Notes under the pieces: model-generated
Seen by the model: only the letters and a program-made list of their open reading frames with translations
Told to the model about the DNA's origin: nothing
The model's database searches: none
In this document: positions 37,475 to 46,111 of the stretch, one piece after another
How positions within the stretch are numbered: position 1 is the stretch's first letter
Layout: each line of letters starts with the position of its first letter
Position numbers and translations under genes: made by a program
Assembly (NCBI GenBank): GCA_001803045.1
Contig: MHAR01000090.1
Span: 3,498-67,497, forward strand
Direction of reading: 5' to 3'
DNA: 64,000 nt
Origin: Ignavibacteria bacterium RIFOXYB12_FULL_35_14
GTDB lineage: Bacteria; Bacteroidota; Ignavibacteria; Ignavibacteriales; Ignavibacteriaceae

Positions 37475-38848
37475 ATGATTGAAGTCAAATTTACAGCAGA
37501 AAAGCAAGACGGACAGGCAATAAGCGGTTCACTATCGGTTTCCTCTTATGGTGAGGGGAAGAAAAAAATTCAACGTCTTGCCGAGAAAAATCATTTGAAA
37601 ATAAAAGCAATTGAGCGTAAGGTAACCTATCTCTACAAAGCCAGGAAAGGTACAGATAAACCAATTAGGGGCGAACAAAAAGCATATTCAAAAAAAGAGG
37701 TAGATGATGCTTTAACTAGATTGGGTTTTAAAGTTCTGTCCGTCAATCGTAAATTAATTGACTTTCAAAGAAAACCACCAACGGCTGAAATAGTAACTTT
37801 TGTCAAAATCAGTGCAGAACTCTTGGAACAGAAACTTGCTTATGGCGAAATATTATCGCTTCTGATAAATGATACTCAGAACAAAACTCTTAAGGATACA
37901 TTAAAGGAAATTAATAATGATCTAAAAAAGGGTGCTGATAGTGAGGCAACATTCTTGAAGTATCAAAATGTTTTCGGAAAGTTCACTGCTTACATGCTTG
38001 GACTGGCTTCTAAAAGCGGTAACATGTCTGAAATTTATAAAGCCACTGCTAAATTTTTAGAGAGACGACAGGAATTCAAAAAGAGTTTAAGAAGTGCTTT
38101 AATAACTCCAGCAGTTACAATATTTGTCTTATTCTTAGCGGTTGTGTTTTATGTTGGATACATCTTTCCGGAAACAGCTAAACTATTCGTAAAATTTGGA
38201 ATCGAGCTTCCGCCAATGACAGCGTTTACCCTAAAGATGAGTGATTTTCTTACAAGTTATATTTTAATTATCATGGGATTAGCCGCAATACCACCGATTG
38301 TTCTTTGGCAAATGTCGAAAACTAAAAAGGGAGGAATAATTCTTGGGCGGATGATGTTGAAATTGCCTGTAATGGGTTCGCTCATACACAAAACATTAAT
38401 TGAGGTTTTTTGCAGAGTATTTTATACTCTTTACAGCGGTTCGGCTGAGAGTATCGAACCGATTAGAATTGCATCAGAGGCAGCAGGTAATAAATATTTC
38501 GAAGACCGAATAAAAAATGTTGCTATTCCATTAATGCTTAAGAAAGGGACAGGACTTACAGAGGCATTCGAAGCTTCCGGAGTTTTTACAGAAACAGCAC
38601 TATCAAGATTGCATTCAGGCGAAGAAACCGGAACGGTTAAAAACACTTCGCTGCAGCTTGCAAATTATTATGAAAGTGAAACTGTTTACCGTTTGAAAAA
38701 CTTGATTGAAGTGATTCAGGTAGCAATTGCGATGATAATAATGGTTGTAATGATTCTCTTGACATTAGTATCTGCAGAAACGGCTACAGTAAGACCGCCG
38801 ACACCTGGAGCATCAAATCAAATTAATGTTGAAAGAAATATAGGATGA
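37475..38848 (+). CDS. pilC: type IV pilus / T2SS platform protein (PilC/GspF family)
   Basis: Two GspF-type repeats, each ending in a TM pair (…GNMSEIYKATAKFLERRQEFKKSL… and …GEETGTVKNTSLQLANYYESE…). The N-terminal cytoplasmic domain is of the KF.A..QDGQ..SG type. Confidence 0.9.
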   Translation: MIEVKFTAEKQDGQAISGSLSVSSYGEGKKKIQRLAEKNHLKIKAIERKVTYLYKARKGTDKPIRGEQKAYSKKEVDDALTRLGFKVLSVNRKLIDFQRKPPTAEIVTFVKISAELLEQKLAYGEILSLLINDTQNKTLKDTLKEINNDLKKGADSEATFLKYQNVFGKFTAYMLGLASKSGNMSEIYKATAKFLERRQEFKKSLRSALITPAVTIFVLFLAVVFYVGYIFPETAKLFVKFGIELPPMTAFTLKMSDFLTSYILIIMGLAAIPPIVLWQMSKTKKGGIILGRMMLKLPVMGSLIHKTLIEVFCRVFYTLYSGSAESIEPIRIASEAAGNKYFEDRIKNVAIPLMLKKGTGLTEAFEASGVFTETALSRLHSGEETGTVKNTSLQLANYYESETVYRLKNLIEVIQVAIAMIIMVVMILLTLVSAETATVRPPTPGASNQINVERNIG

Positions 38849-40635
38849 TCGAAACCAATCTGGGCATGTCCGATAAAATTGGTTACCTCCTTTTTAAAAA
38901 AGGAATAATCGATACACAAATTCTCGAAAAGTCGCTGAATGTTAAATCGGAAGAGAAGGGGAAAATAAAGCGAAACCTCGCCCAGATATTAGTACAAAAT
39001 TTTGATTTTGATCATGATACAATATTTAAAGAAGTTGCAATACTTTATGCTTTCCGCGAACTTGAATTACCGGAAGGTGAGCCATTACAACATAAAATTG
39101 AAACAATAAAACAAGCGGTTGATAAAGTCAGCGATCAATTAAAACAAATGATGGCTGAGCATAAGGTAATTCCTTATGCTTATGATGAAAGGTTAAGAGA
39201 CAAATTAATTCTCGCAGCAATAGACCCGACCGATCGAAGTATTCCCAAAATAGCTTATGCATTAAATGCCAGGAAATATGAAGTAGTCTTCCTAAAAAAG
39301 AAAGATTTTGATAAAATAAGTCAATCAATACTTCCGGTCGAAAACGTTTACTTAAAAGCAATTGAAGACTCATCAGTGGAAATGGATATTGAAAGCGATG
39401 AAGCGTCTCTTGATGAGCAAGAACTTGATGCCGAAATAAATAAGAGTGCATTAATAAATCTCGTGGAAGGTGCCTTGGTAGAAGGAGTTCGAAAAGATGC
39501 CAGTGATATCCACTTTATACCCAAAGCAGGTCATAAAACCGAAATTCTTATTCGTATAGATGGAAATCTTCAACCATGGCATATCCAGGAAAACACCCTT
39601 CCCGAAGCAGTTGTTGCAGTTATTAAAGATCGTTCAAAAGGAATGGATAGATTTGAAAGAGAAAAAGCACAAGACGGTTTTATCCAGAGAGAGATTGACG
39701 GTCAAATAATAAGATTCAGAGTTTCAGTTCTTCCAATGGTGGGCACTGAATTAAGAAATAAATTTGAAAGCGTAGTAATAAGAATTCTTGATGACCGAAA
39801 GGTTGTTAAAGATTTAAGTAAGCTTGGACTTACGGGCTATGCTCAAGATGCTTTTGTAAAAGCCATCAGTCAGCCGCAAGGAATGGTTATTCTAACAGGA
39901 CCAACTGGAAGCGGTAAGAGTACCACATTAGTTGCAGCACTTTACCAGGTAATTGATCCAAGCGTAAACGTTCTCACCGTAGAAGATCCCGTTGAATATG
40001 TAATTGAAGGTGCCCGTCAGCTTAAAATTGGATACAAGATGGATTTTGAACAGGCAATTAGGTCCATTCTGCGTCATGACCCGGATATTGTTTTGGTGGG
40101 TGAGATGAGAGATAAAGAAACTGCTGAGGTTGCTATAAAGTTGGCAAACACAGGTCACTTGACCTTTTCAACTTTACATACTAATGATGCACCAAGTGCT
40201 GTTGCCAGATTGTATAAAATGGGTATTGAGCCGTTTTTAATTGCGTATGCAATAAACATCATAATGGCACAAAGGTTAGTTCGCAAATTATGCGAAGCTT
40301 GTAAAACAAAGGTTACTAAACTGGATGAGGATTTATTGTCAGCTGCTGGTATAGATATTAATGAATTAAAAAAGCATACAATCTTTGCAGCAAAAGGATG
40401 TGATAAATGTCATGGAACTGGTTACAAAGGTAGAATGGCGATACACGAAGCACTTTATTTCACAAAAGAAATACGACAAATCATCGTGCGCTCAGGTATT
40501 GAAGTCGATGAAGAGAAGATAAGAATTCAAGCTAAAAAAGACGGTTCAAAATCATTAAGAGACTCTGGAATAGAAAAAGTAATGTTGGGTCTTTCCTCGA
40601 TAGAAGAGGTACTTGCTTCAACTACCGACGAGTAG
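38845..40635 (+). CDS. pilB: type IV pilus assembly ATPase (PilB/GspE family)
   Basis: Walker A GPTGSGKST, GEMRD (Walker B/Asp box), TGHLTFSTLHTND His box, tetracysteine CEACK...CDKCHGTGYKGR, and a GSPII_E N-terminal domain. Confidence 0.9.
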   Translation: MIETNLGMSDKIGYLLFKKGIIDTQILEKSLNVKSEEKGKIKRNLAQILVQNFDFDHDTIFKEVAILYAFRELELPEGEPLQHKIETIKQAVDKVSDQLKQMMAEHKVIPYAYDERLRDKLILAAIDPTDRSIPKIAYALNARKYEVVFLKKKDFDKISQSILPVENVYLKAIEDSSVEMDIESDEASLDEQELDAEINKSALINLVEGALVEGVRKDASDIHFIPKAGHKTEILIRIDGNLQPWHIQENTLPEAVVAVIKDRSKGMDRFEREKAQDGFIQREIDGQIIRFRVSVLPMVGTELRNKFESVVIRILDDRKVVKDLSKLGLTGYAQDAFVKAISQPQGMVILTGPTGSGKSTTLVAALYQVIDPSVNVLTVEDPVEYVIEGARQLKIGYKMDFEQAIRSILRHDPDIVLVGEMRDKETAEVAIKLANTGHLTFSTLHTNDAPSAVARLYKMGIEPFLIAYAINIIMAQRLVRKLCEACKTKVTKLDEDLLSAAGIDINELKKHTIFAAKGCDKCHGTGYKGRMAIHEALYFTKEIRQIIVRSGIEVDEEKIRIQAKKDGSKSLRDSGIEKVMLGLSSIEEVLASTTDE

Positions 40636-40730
40636 TATCCCTTTTACTAAGGTAATAATTACTAAGAATTGCTTTCGATTTCGCAATAAATTTATATCAC
40701 TGACTGGAATTTACTTGCATAAAATTTGAT

Positions 40731-42053
40731 TTGAATCCTACGGCACAGATACTTAAAAACAAAATTAAAGGCAATAGTGTGGCAGTCCAAGCTCTAGATC
40801 AAGTTCCTTCGAAAAGGAAAGCAATTCCTGTAGAAGAAGTAAAAAGAGTTCTTTCGGAATTTACTGAAAGCATTCCGGGCGACCTGAGAGGTCCTGATAA
40901 AGTTCTATATCTTTTCGAAAACAGTGTGAAGCTTCCAACCGAGAGCAAAGTACTATTGAAAGAGTACTTTGATCATTTATTAATTAATATGATTGAGCGA
41001 GATGCCTCTGACATTGAAATCGGTGGGCATGGCAACGAGGGGTATATATGGTTTAGGATTTATGGAATTAAAGAAAGAGCAATGGACCTGCCTCGTTTTA
41101 CCGAAGATGAATCTACAATGATCATCATCAATTTATTAAATGCCAACCAAAAGAAATATATATCGGTCGCCAAAAATCTTGATTTCAGTTACTCATGCTA
41201 TTACGAAAGGAAAAAGTTAAACATTCGTTTCAGAGCAGATGCATACTTTGAGCTTGATACTCTTGCCCTAAACATGCGTGCAATCAATTTGAATATAAGG
41301 CCTCTCGACTCACTTGGCTTTCATCCAAACGTTGTAAGAGTAATGAGCCATAGCTACATCAAGTTTGGCTTATCGTTAATAACAGGAATTACCGGTTCGG
41401 GTAAATCGACTACGCTTGATGCGATAATTGATGAGCATAATAAGTGCGATCCGGCACATGTTATTGTTATTGCTTCGCCTATAGAATATGTACATCGTTC
41501 GAACAAATGTATAATTAAACACAGAGAAGTTGGCAGAGATGTCATCTCTTTTAAAGATGGTGTTATTCAAGCGATGAGACAGGATCCGGATATTATAGTA
41601 ATTGGTGAAATGAGAGATCCCGAAACAATTTTAGCAGCACTTGAAGTTACCGATACGGGGCATAAAGTGTTCTCAACTCTCCATACTTCATCTGCGGTTG
41701 AATCAATTGATAGAATTGTTGCTGAGGTTAATCCTCATGAACAGGAGAGAGTAAGACATAGATTGGCTGATGTTTTAGTGTCCATAGTCTCACAAAAATT
41801 GCTTCCGGGTGTAGATGGTAAATTAGTCTTAGCAAAGGAAGTATTGGTAGTTACCCCCAGTGTAAAAGCCGCAATTAAGAACAATACCACAAGTGAAATT
41901 TACCTTATGATAAATCAAGGCGGCCCAATGGGTATGTTGACAATGGAACAAGATTTGAGGCGATTATATCTGAATAAAAAAATATCATTGGAAAATGCCA
42001 TTGCATATGCCAATAATAAAACAAGAATTCAACAACTTTTATCGGCTATCTAA
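40731..42053 (+). CDS. pilT: PilT-like retraction ATPase with ~100-aa N-terminal extension
   Basis: Walker A GITGSGKSTT, IGEMRDPETI, GHKVFSTLHTSSAVESIDRI. It lacks the Zn-binding Cys motif, as PilT/PilU do. TTG start. Confidence 0.8.
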   Translation: MNPTAQILKNKIKGNSVAVQALDQVPSKRKAIPVEEVKRVLSEFTESIPGDLRGPDKVLYLFENSVKLPTESKVLLKEYFDHLLINMIERDASDIEIGGHGNEGYIWFRIYGIKERAMDLPRFTEDESTMIIINLLNANQKKYISVAKNLDFSYSCYYERKKLNIRFRADAYFELDTLALNMRAINLNIRPLDSLGFHPNVVRVMSHSYIKFGLSLITGITGSGKSTTLDAIIDEHNKCDPAHVIVIASPIEYVHRSNKCIIKHREVGRDVISFKDGVIQAMRQDPDIIVIGEMRDPETILAALEVTDTGHKVFSTLHTSSAVESIDRIVAEVNPHEQERVRHRLADVLVSIVSQKLLPGVDGKLVLAKEVLVVTPSVKAAIKNNTTSEIYLMINQGGPMGMLTMEQDLRRLYLNKKISLENAIAYANNKTRIQQLLSAI

Positions 42054-43600
42054 TGAAACCTATTGTATGTGTATTTTGCGAAGGCAATGACACAAAAATT
42101 GCTGTCGTAGAAAAAGAAAAAGAAAAAATTAGAGTCCTCATAACTGGTTCGTATAATGTGATTCAACCTCCCGTTGTGGTAACCGAAGGTATTACAAATC
42201 TTAGAGTTGATACTGACGATCTTTCTTTTGAAGATTTGGATAAAGCATCTCCTATTACTGATGTAGAAGTGGTTAGCACTTCTGGTTTAGCATTAATAAG
42301 TACATCTCTCAAAGGAATTAATCTGAATAACAGCGTATTTATTCCGATTCTTACCGAACCAGTGCTTCATTACCATGTTTATGAGGGAAGTAAATTAGGC
42401 AAATCATCAAAATTCACTCAAGAGCTTATTAGAGATATTTATGAAACCAAGAACATAACAGTAAGCAAAGATGAATTAGCGTTTGTTGAACTTGCTGATA
42501 AATCTTCTCTGGCTGTTTTTCTTAACGGAGAAATAAGCTGTGTTAAATTGATAAACTCTCTTGCCGGATATAACGGTAAAAAGTTTTACAAAATACCAAC
42601 AATTAAAAGTGCTGAAATATCACTTGCAAATTATGTTGCTAAGAAAAAGAAATTTTTCCCCGATGATCAATCTCTTATTGTATATATCGGTAAAGAGTAT
42701 AGCAAGCTTATCTTTTTACAAGGAAGAAAATTAAAGCACATTGGTACAACGCTTGATATTGGTACCACAAACCTACACACTTACGATGTTTACTTCTCCA
42801 AAATTTTACTTGAAATGGATAATGGCGGTATAACATCACTTGATAATATAATTGTTTGCGGTGAAGATGATTCTGAAAATTTAATTCTTTCTTTTTATGG
42901 TACCTTTCCCGAAGCCAATGTTTCTAGATTAGAATTTGATGAGATAGATTATTCATTATTGAGCACCGAAGCTCAAACCTCAATTTCTGCATACAGCATA
43001 ATGCTGGCTATAGCAAATGAATACTTCGACGATCAAGTACAAAAACACTCGGAGAGTATAAACCTTTTACCAAGATATGTTAAAGAAGAACAGAAGGTAT
43101 TTCAGTTTGCATGGCACGGTTATGCTATTCTTCCATTATTATTTGGAGCAACTTTCTTTTTAACACTTCAGATACTGATGAACAATAAAAAGGTTAATGA
43201 ATTAGAAAAAGAAATTGCACAGCAAACGGTATTGCTTAGGCAGAATCAGGAAATACTTGGGCGTATTGCAGCCCTTGAAAGCAAGATAAGCGGATTTGGT
43301 CAAACTCAGGCAATATTAGATTCTGCATCCGTTGGAACTGGTGTTTGGTCAAAAGTAACAGAACATTTTTCTGATTTCTTTGGAGCTAAACAAAATATTT
43401 GGCTTACAAAGGCAGGTGCAGATGGGAATAACATAGCTCTGGAAGGTTTCACATTATCAAAGCTATCGCCAACAGAATTTGCATACTCAATCGATGGTTC
43501 GGAATTGAAAGGAATTTATTTCGAATCGATTCGTGAGAAAAACGCTTATCGTTTTAACCTAAATTTTAATCTATCACAATTTCCCAAAGTGACACAATGA
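42053..43600 (+). CDS. PilM-PilN fusion-like alignment protein
   Basis: The N-terminal ~340 aa has actin-like segments (VYIGKEYSKLIFL...LDIGTTNL). It is followed by the INLLPRY motif, a TM helix and a coiled coil, which is the PilN hallmark. Confidence 0.6.
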   Translation: MKPIVCVFCEGNDTKIAVVEKEKEKIRVLITGSYNVIQPPVVVTEGITNLRVDTDDLSFEDLDKASPITDVEVVSTSGLALISTSLKGINLNNSVFIPILTEPVLHYHVYEGSKLGKSSKFTQELIRDIYETKNITVSKDELAFVELADKSSLAVFLNGEISCVKLINSLAGYNGKKFYKIPTIKSAEISLANYVAKKKKFFPDDQSLIVYIGKEYSKLIFLQGRKLKHIGTTLDIGTTNLHTYDVYFSKILLEMDNGGITSLDNIIVCGEDDSENLILSFYGTFPEANVSRLEFDEIDYSLLSTEAQTSISAYSIMLAIANEYFDDQVQKHSESINLLPRYVKEEQKVFQFAWHGYAILPLLFGATFFLTLQILMNNKKVNELEKEIAQQTVLLRQNQEILGRIAALESKISGFGQTQAILDSASVGTGVWSKVTEHFSDFFGAKQNIWLTKAGADGNNIALEGFTLSKLSPTEFAYSIDGSELKGIYFESIREKNAYRFNLNFNLSQFPKVTQ

Positions 43601-44490
43601 ACAGGAAACTAAAAAATACGTTTGCTCTTGCAGGGCTGTTGTTATTTATTTTGATAGCCGGTGGAGTATATATTTTAATTTTACAACGCGGTGAATTGTC
43701 CGCTAAAGAAGAAAAACTAAGAGAATTAAAGGCAAATGATTATAACACAGAGCAATTAACTCTTCAATATGAAGATCTTTACCAAAGATCTGTAGTTCTC
43801 GATTCAGTACTTGCAGCTAGAAAATTTAATATTCCACAAAATCTATCTTCCATAAAATTTTATGATTTCGTAACTCGGTTAACTAATTTACTAACTGAAG
43901 ATACAAAGATTGATGTTGAATATGGAGAACAAAAACAAGAGCGAGATTTTTATTACTACGAGTATAAAGTTAAAGGTATAGCCCCTTACAACGATCTATA
44001 CAAATTCATTTATGGAATTGAACAAAGCAAAGAGCTTAAGAAAATTACATCGATCACTCTAGGAAGTCTTGTTAAAAATGAAAAAGAGGAAGGTCCGAAA
44101 TTCCTTGTTGCTTTTGCGTTCGTTGTTCATGTTTATTTTTCGAACGATAATCGTTTTGCCACAGCAGAGTTTGTAGAAAACAACCTATCAGCGCGCCCTT
44201 TGTATGATGCATTCTATCCATTACTTAGAAACGAAATTCCTTTAAATACCGAAGGTCTACTTGATATTCAGGGTGCAAAACTTCTGGCACTTGTACCTGA
44301 AGGTGCATTTCTAGCGGACGCAACTGGCAGTACATTCTTACTGTGGGAAGGTGAACCAGTTTACCTTGGGTATTTGACCAGCATCGATTATAAAAATAAT
44401 AAGGTGAAGTTTATTATTAACAGGGGCGGTGTAATCGAAAAAGTAGAGTTGTTTTTGGAAAAAGAAGAAGCAAATAAGAAAAATAAATGA
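43597..44490 (+). CDS. PilO-like protein with PilP-like C-terminal beta domain (possible fusion)
   Basis: N-terminal TM helix plus coiled coil (PilO layout). The C-terminal LLALVPEGAFLADATGSTFLLWEGEPVYLGYLTSIDYKNNKVKFII resembles the PilP/GspC HR-type beta-sandwich. Confidence 0.45.
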   Translation: MNRKLKNTFALAGLLLFILIAGGVYILILQRGELSAKEEKLRELKANDYNTEQLTLQYEDLYQRSVVLDSVLAARKFNIPQNLSSIKFYDFVTRLTNLLTEDTKIDVEYGEQKQERDFYYYEYKVKGIAPYNDLYKFIYGIEQSKELKKITSITLGSLVKNEKEEGPKFLVAFAFVVHVYFSNDNRFATAEFVENNLSARPLYDAFYPLLRNEIPLNTEGLLDIQGAKLLALVPEGAFLADATGSTFLLWEGEPVYLGYLTSIDYKNNKVKFIINRGGVIEKVELFLEKEEANKKNK

Positions 44491-45734
44491 GAGTAGAAAT
44501 TATGAAAACAGTAATATTATCATTGGTGTTGTTTTCGTTTGTCACTGTAACTGGATTATCTCAGCAATACCTTGAAAGGCAATTCAAGGGTTATATAAAT
44601 CCAGATGAGTTAGTTACTATGTCCGCAAATCTGCCATTTGACCAAGCAGTTGATCTCCTAAGCAAGGTTAGCGAGAGCTTGAGAGGAAAAAGGATAGTAT
44701 CAACCTACCAAAGCTCGGAACCAATCGGGTTAGAAATCGAGAACATGCAATATGAAAAGGCATTGGTTGTTTTGGTTCAGTATCGTGGATTAATGTATGA
44801 AGAAAAAGAAGATGTAGTCATTATTAAAAAGAGGGGCGAGAAAATAGATAATAGAACAGCCGAAAATTATGTCTCTGTTGATTCGCGAGAAGTAAAAATT
44901 TCAGCTGTATTCTTTGAAATGGATGTTAATGAGGCGCGGAAACGTGGGGTAGATTGGAAACTAATTTTTGAAAAGAAGGGATTAGACATAGGCGGACTTT
45001 TAGGTGTAGATAAAACCAAGACTCAAAGTCAAGGAACAAGCACTTTGCAAGAACCAACTTTTGATCTGGGCGTAGCCGGCGATTTTAATATAGGTAATTT
45101 CTTCGGTGAAGCCACGGCAATATTTAAGTTTTTTGAAACTGAAAATATAGGAGAAGTAATTGCAAGTCCTACGATAGTTGTTCGAGATGGTCGCCCGGGA
45201 AGAATTCAGGTTGGTTCGGATATATCTATTAAGCAAAAAGATTTTGCGGGAAACGTTATCGAGAATTTTTTCTCAACCGGTACAATCATTAATGTAACAC
45301 CTTATGTAATCAATGAAGAGGGTGTGGACTATACCCTCTTAAAAATTATTGCCGAAAGAAGCACCTTCGTGCCCGATCCATCTAATACTATAATCAATAA
45401 AACCCAAGCTTCTACGGAAGTTATTATGCTTAATGGTGAAGAAACTGTGATAGGTGGATTATTTGTAAATGATGAGGTAAAAATACGTTCAGGTGTCCCG
45501 ATTCTTAAAGATCTTCCGTGGTATGTATTAGGACTTAGGTATATCTTTGGTTCAGATGAGGTTCGGTTAAGTAAAAAAGAACTTGTAATTCTTCTTAAAG
45601 CAGAACTTGTTCCAGCATTGAAAGATCGCTTAGCCGGCACAAGCTCTACTACTCCTGTTCGTGATGAAGTTTTAAAACAGAGAGAAAAATTAAAAATGTA
45701 TCAATTCAATCAACAATTTGGTAACGGGAATTAG
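44487..45734 (+). CDS. secretin (short PilQ/GspD family)
   Basis: The C-terminal secretin core reads VIASPTIVVRDGRPGRIQVG...TEVIMLNGEETVIGGL...SGVPILKDLPWYVLGLRYIFG. The signal peptide begins at the internal MKTVILSL, so an alternative start at 44502 is possible. Confidence 0.8.
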   Translation: MRVEIMKTVILSLVLFSFVTVTGLSQQYLERQFKGYINPDELVTMSANLPFDQAVDLLSKVSESLRGKRIVSTYQSSEPIGLEIENMQYEKALVVLVQYRGLMYEEKEDVVIIKKRGEKIDNRTAENYVSVDSREVKISAVFFEMDVNEARKRGVDWKLIFEKKGLDIGGLLGVDKTKTQSQGTSTLQEPTFDLGVAGDFNIGNFFGEATAIFKFFETENIGEVIASPTIVVRDGRPGRIQVGSDISIKQKDFAGNVIENFFSTGTIINVTPYVINEEGVDYTLLKIIAERSTFVPDPSNTIINKTQASTEVIMLNGEETVIGGLFVNDEVKIRSGVPILKDLPWYVLGLRYIFGSDEVRLSKKELVILLKAELVPALKDRLAGTSSTTPVRDEVLKQREKLKMYQFNQQFGNGN

Positions 45735-45743
45735 AGCCTGTTT

Positions 45744-46109
45744 ATGGAATCAATTTTAATTGTTGATGACGATTTAGGAGTATGCACAACTTTAAAGGAA
45801 GAGCTGGCTGAAGTTGGTTACGAAGCAGATTTTCTTTTAAGAGGTACAGAAGTATATGATTATCTGAAAACCAATTCGGTTGATCTTATACTTCTGGATT
45901 TAGTACTGCCCGAAAAAGACGGTTATGAGGTTTTAAAAGAAATCTCGGAAAATAAATTTGATGTGAAAGTTGTAGTATTAACAGCATATGCCGATGTGAA
46001 GAGTGCTATCGATTCGGCAAGGCTTGGTGCGAGTGATTTTATTAGTAAACCATATGATTTAGATGAATTACTAATAACAATTCGTAAGGTTCTGCAGCGA
46101 GATGATTAG
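45744..46109 (+). CDS. single-domain response regulator (CheY-like)
   Basis: DD...D (LILLDLVLPEKDG)...T...K receiver motifs, 121 aa. Confidence 0.85.
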   Translation: MESILIVDDDLGVCTTLKEELAEVGYEADFLLRGTEVYDYLKTNSVDLILLDLVLPEKDGYEVLKEISENKFDVKVVVLTAYADVKSAIDSARLGASDFISKPYDLDELLITIRKVLQRDD

Positions 46110-46111
46110 TA

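Larger units (their letters stand above)
35880..37594. repeat. tandem duplication, two ~860-bp units (about 35880-36740 and 36741-37594)
   Basis: Collinear homology by eye: pilin1 3' end, intergenic palindrome, pilin 2, downstream hairpin and pilC 5' end repeat as pilin1 fragment, palindrome, pilin 3, hairpin and the true pilC start. ATG offsets are 863 nt (pilins) and 860 nt (pilC and its fragment). Confidence 0.8.

Noticed and set aside
35680-45734. Interpreting the locus as a type II secretion system.
   Set aside because: A PilT-like retraction ATPase and PilM/PilN/PilO-type proteins are present, while GspC/L/M and a set of distinct pseudopilins (GspG-K) are absent. This favours a pilus-type filament, though formal classification needs HMM models.
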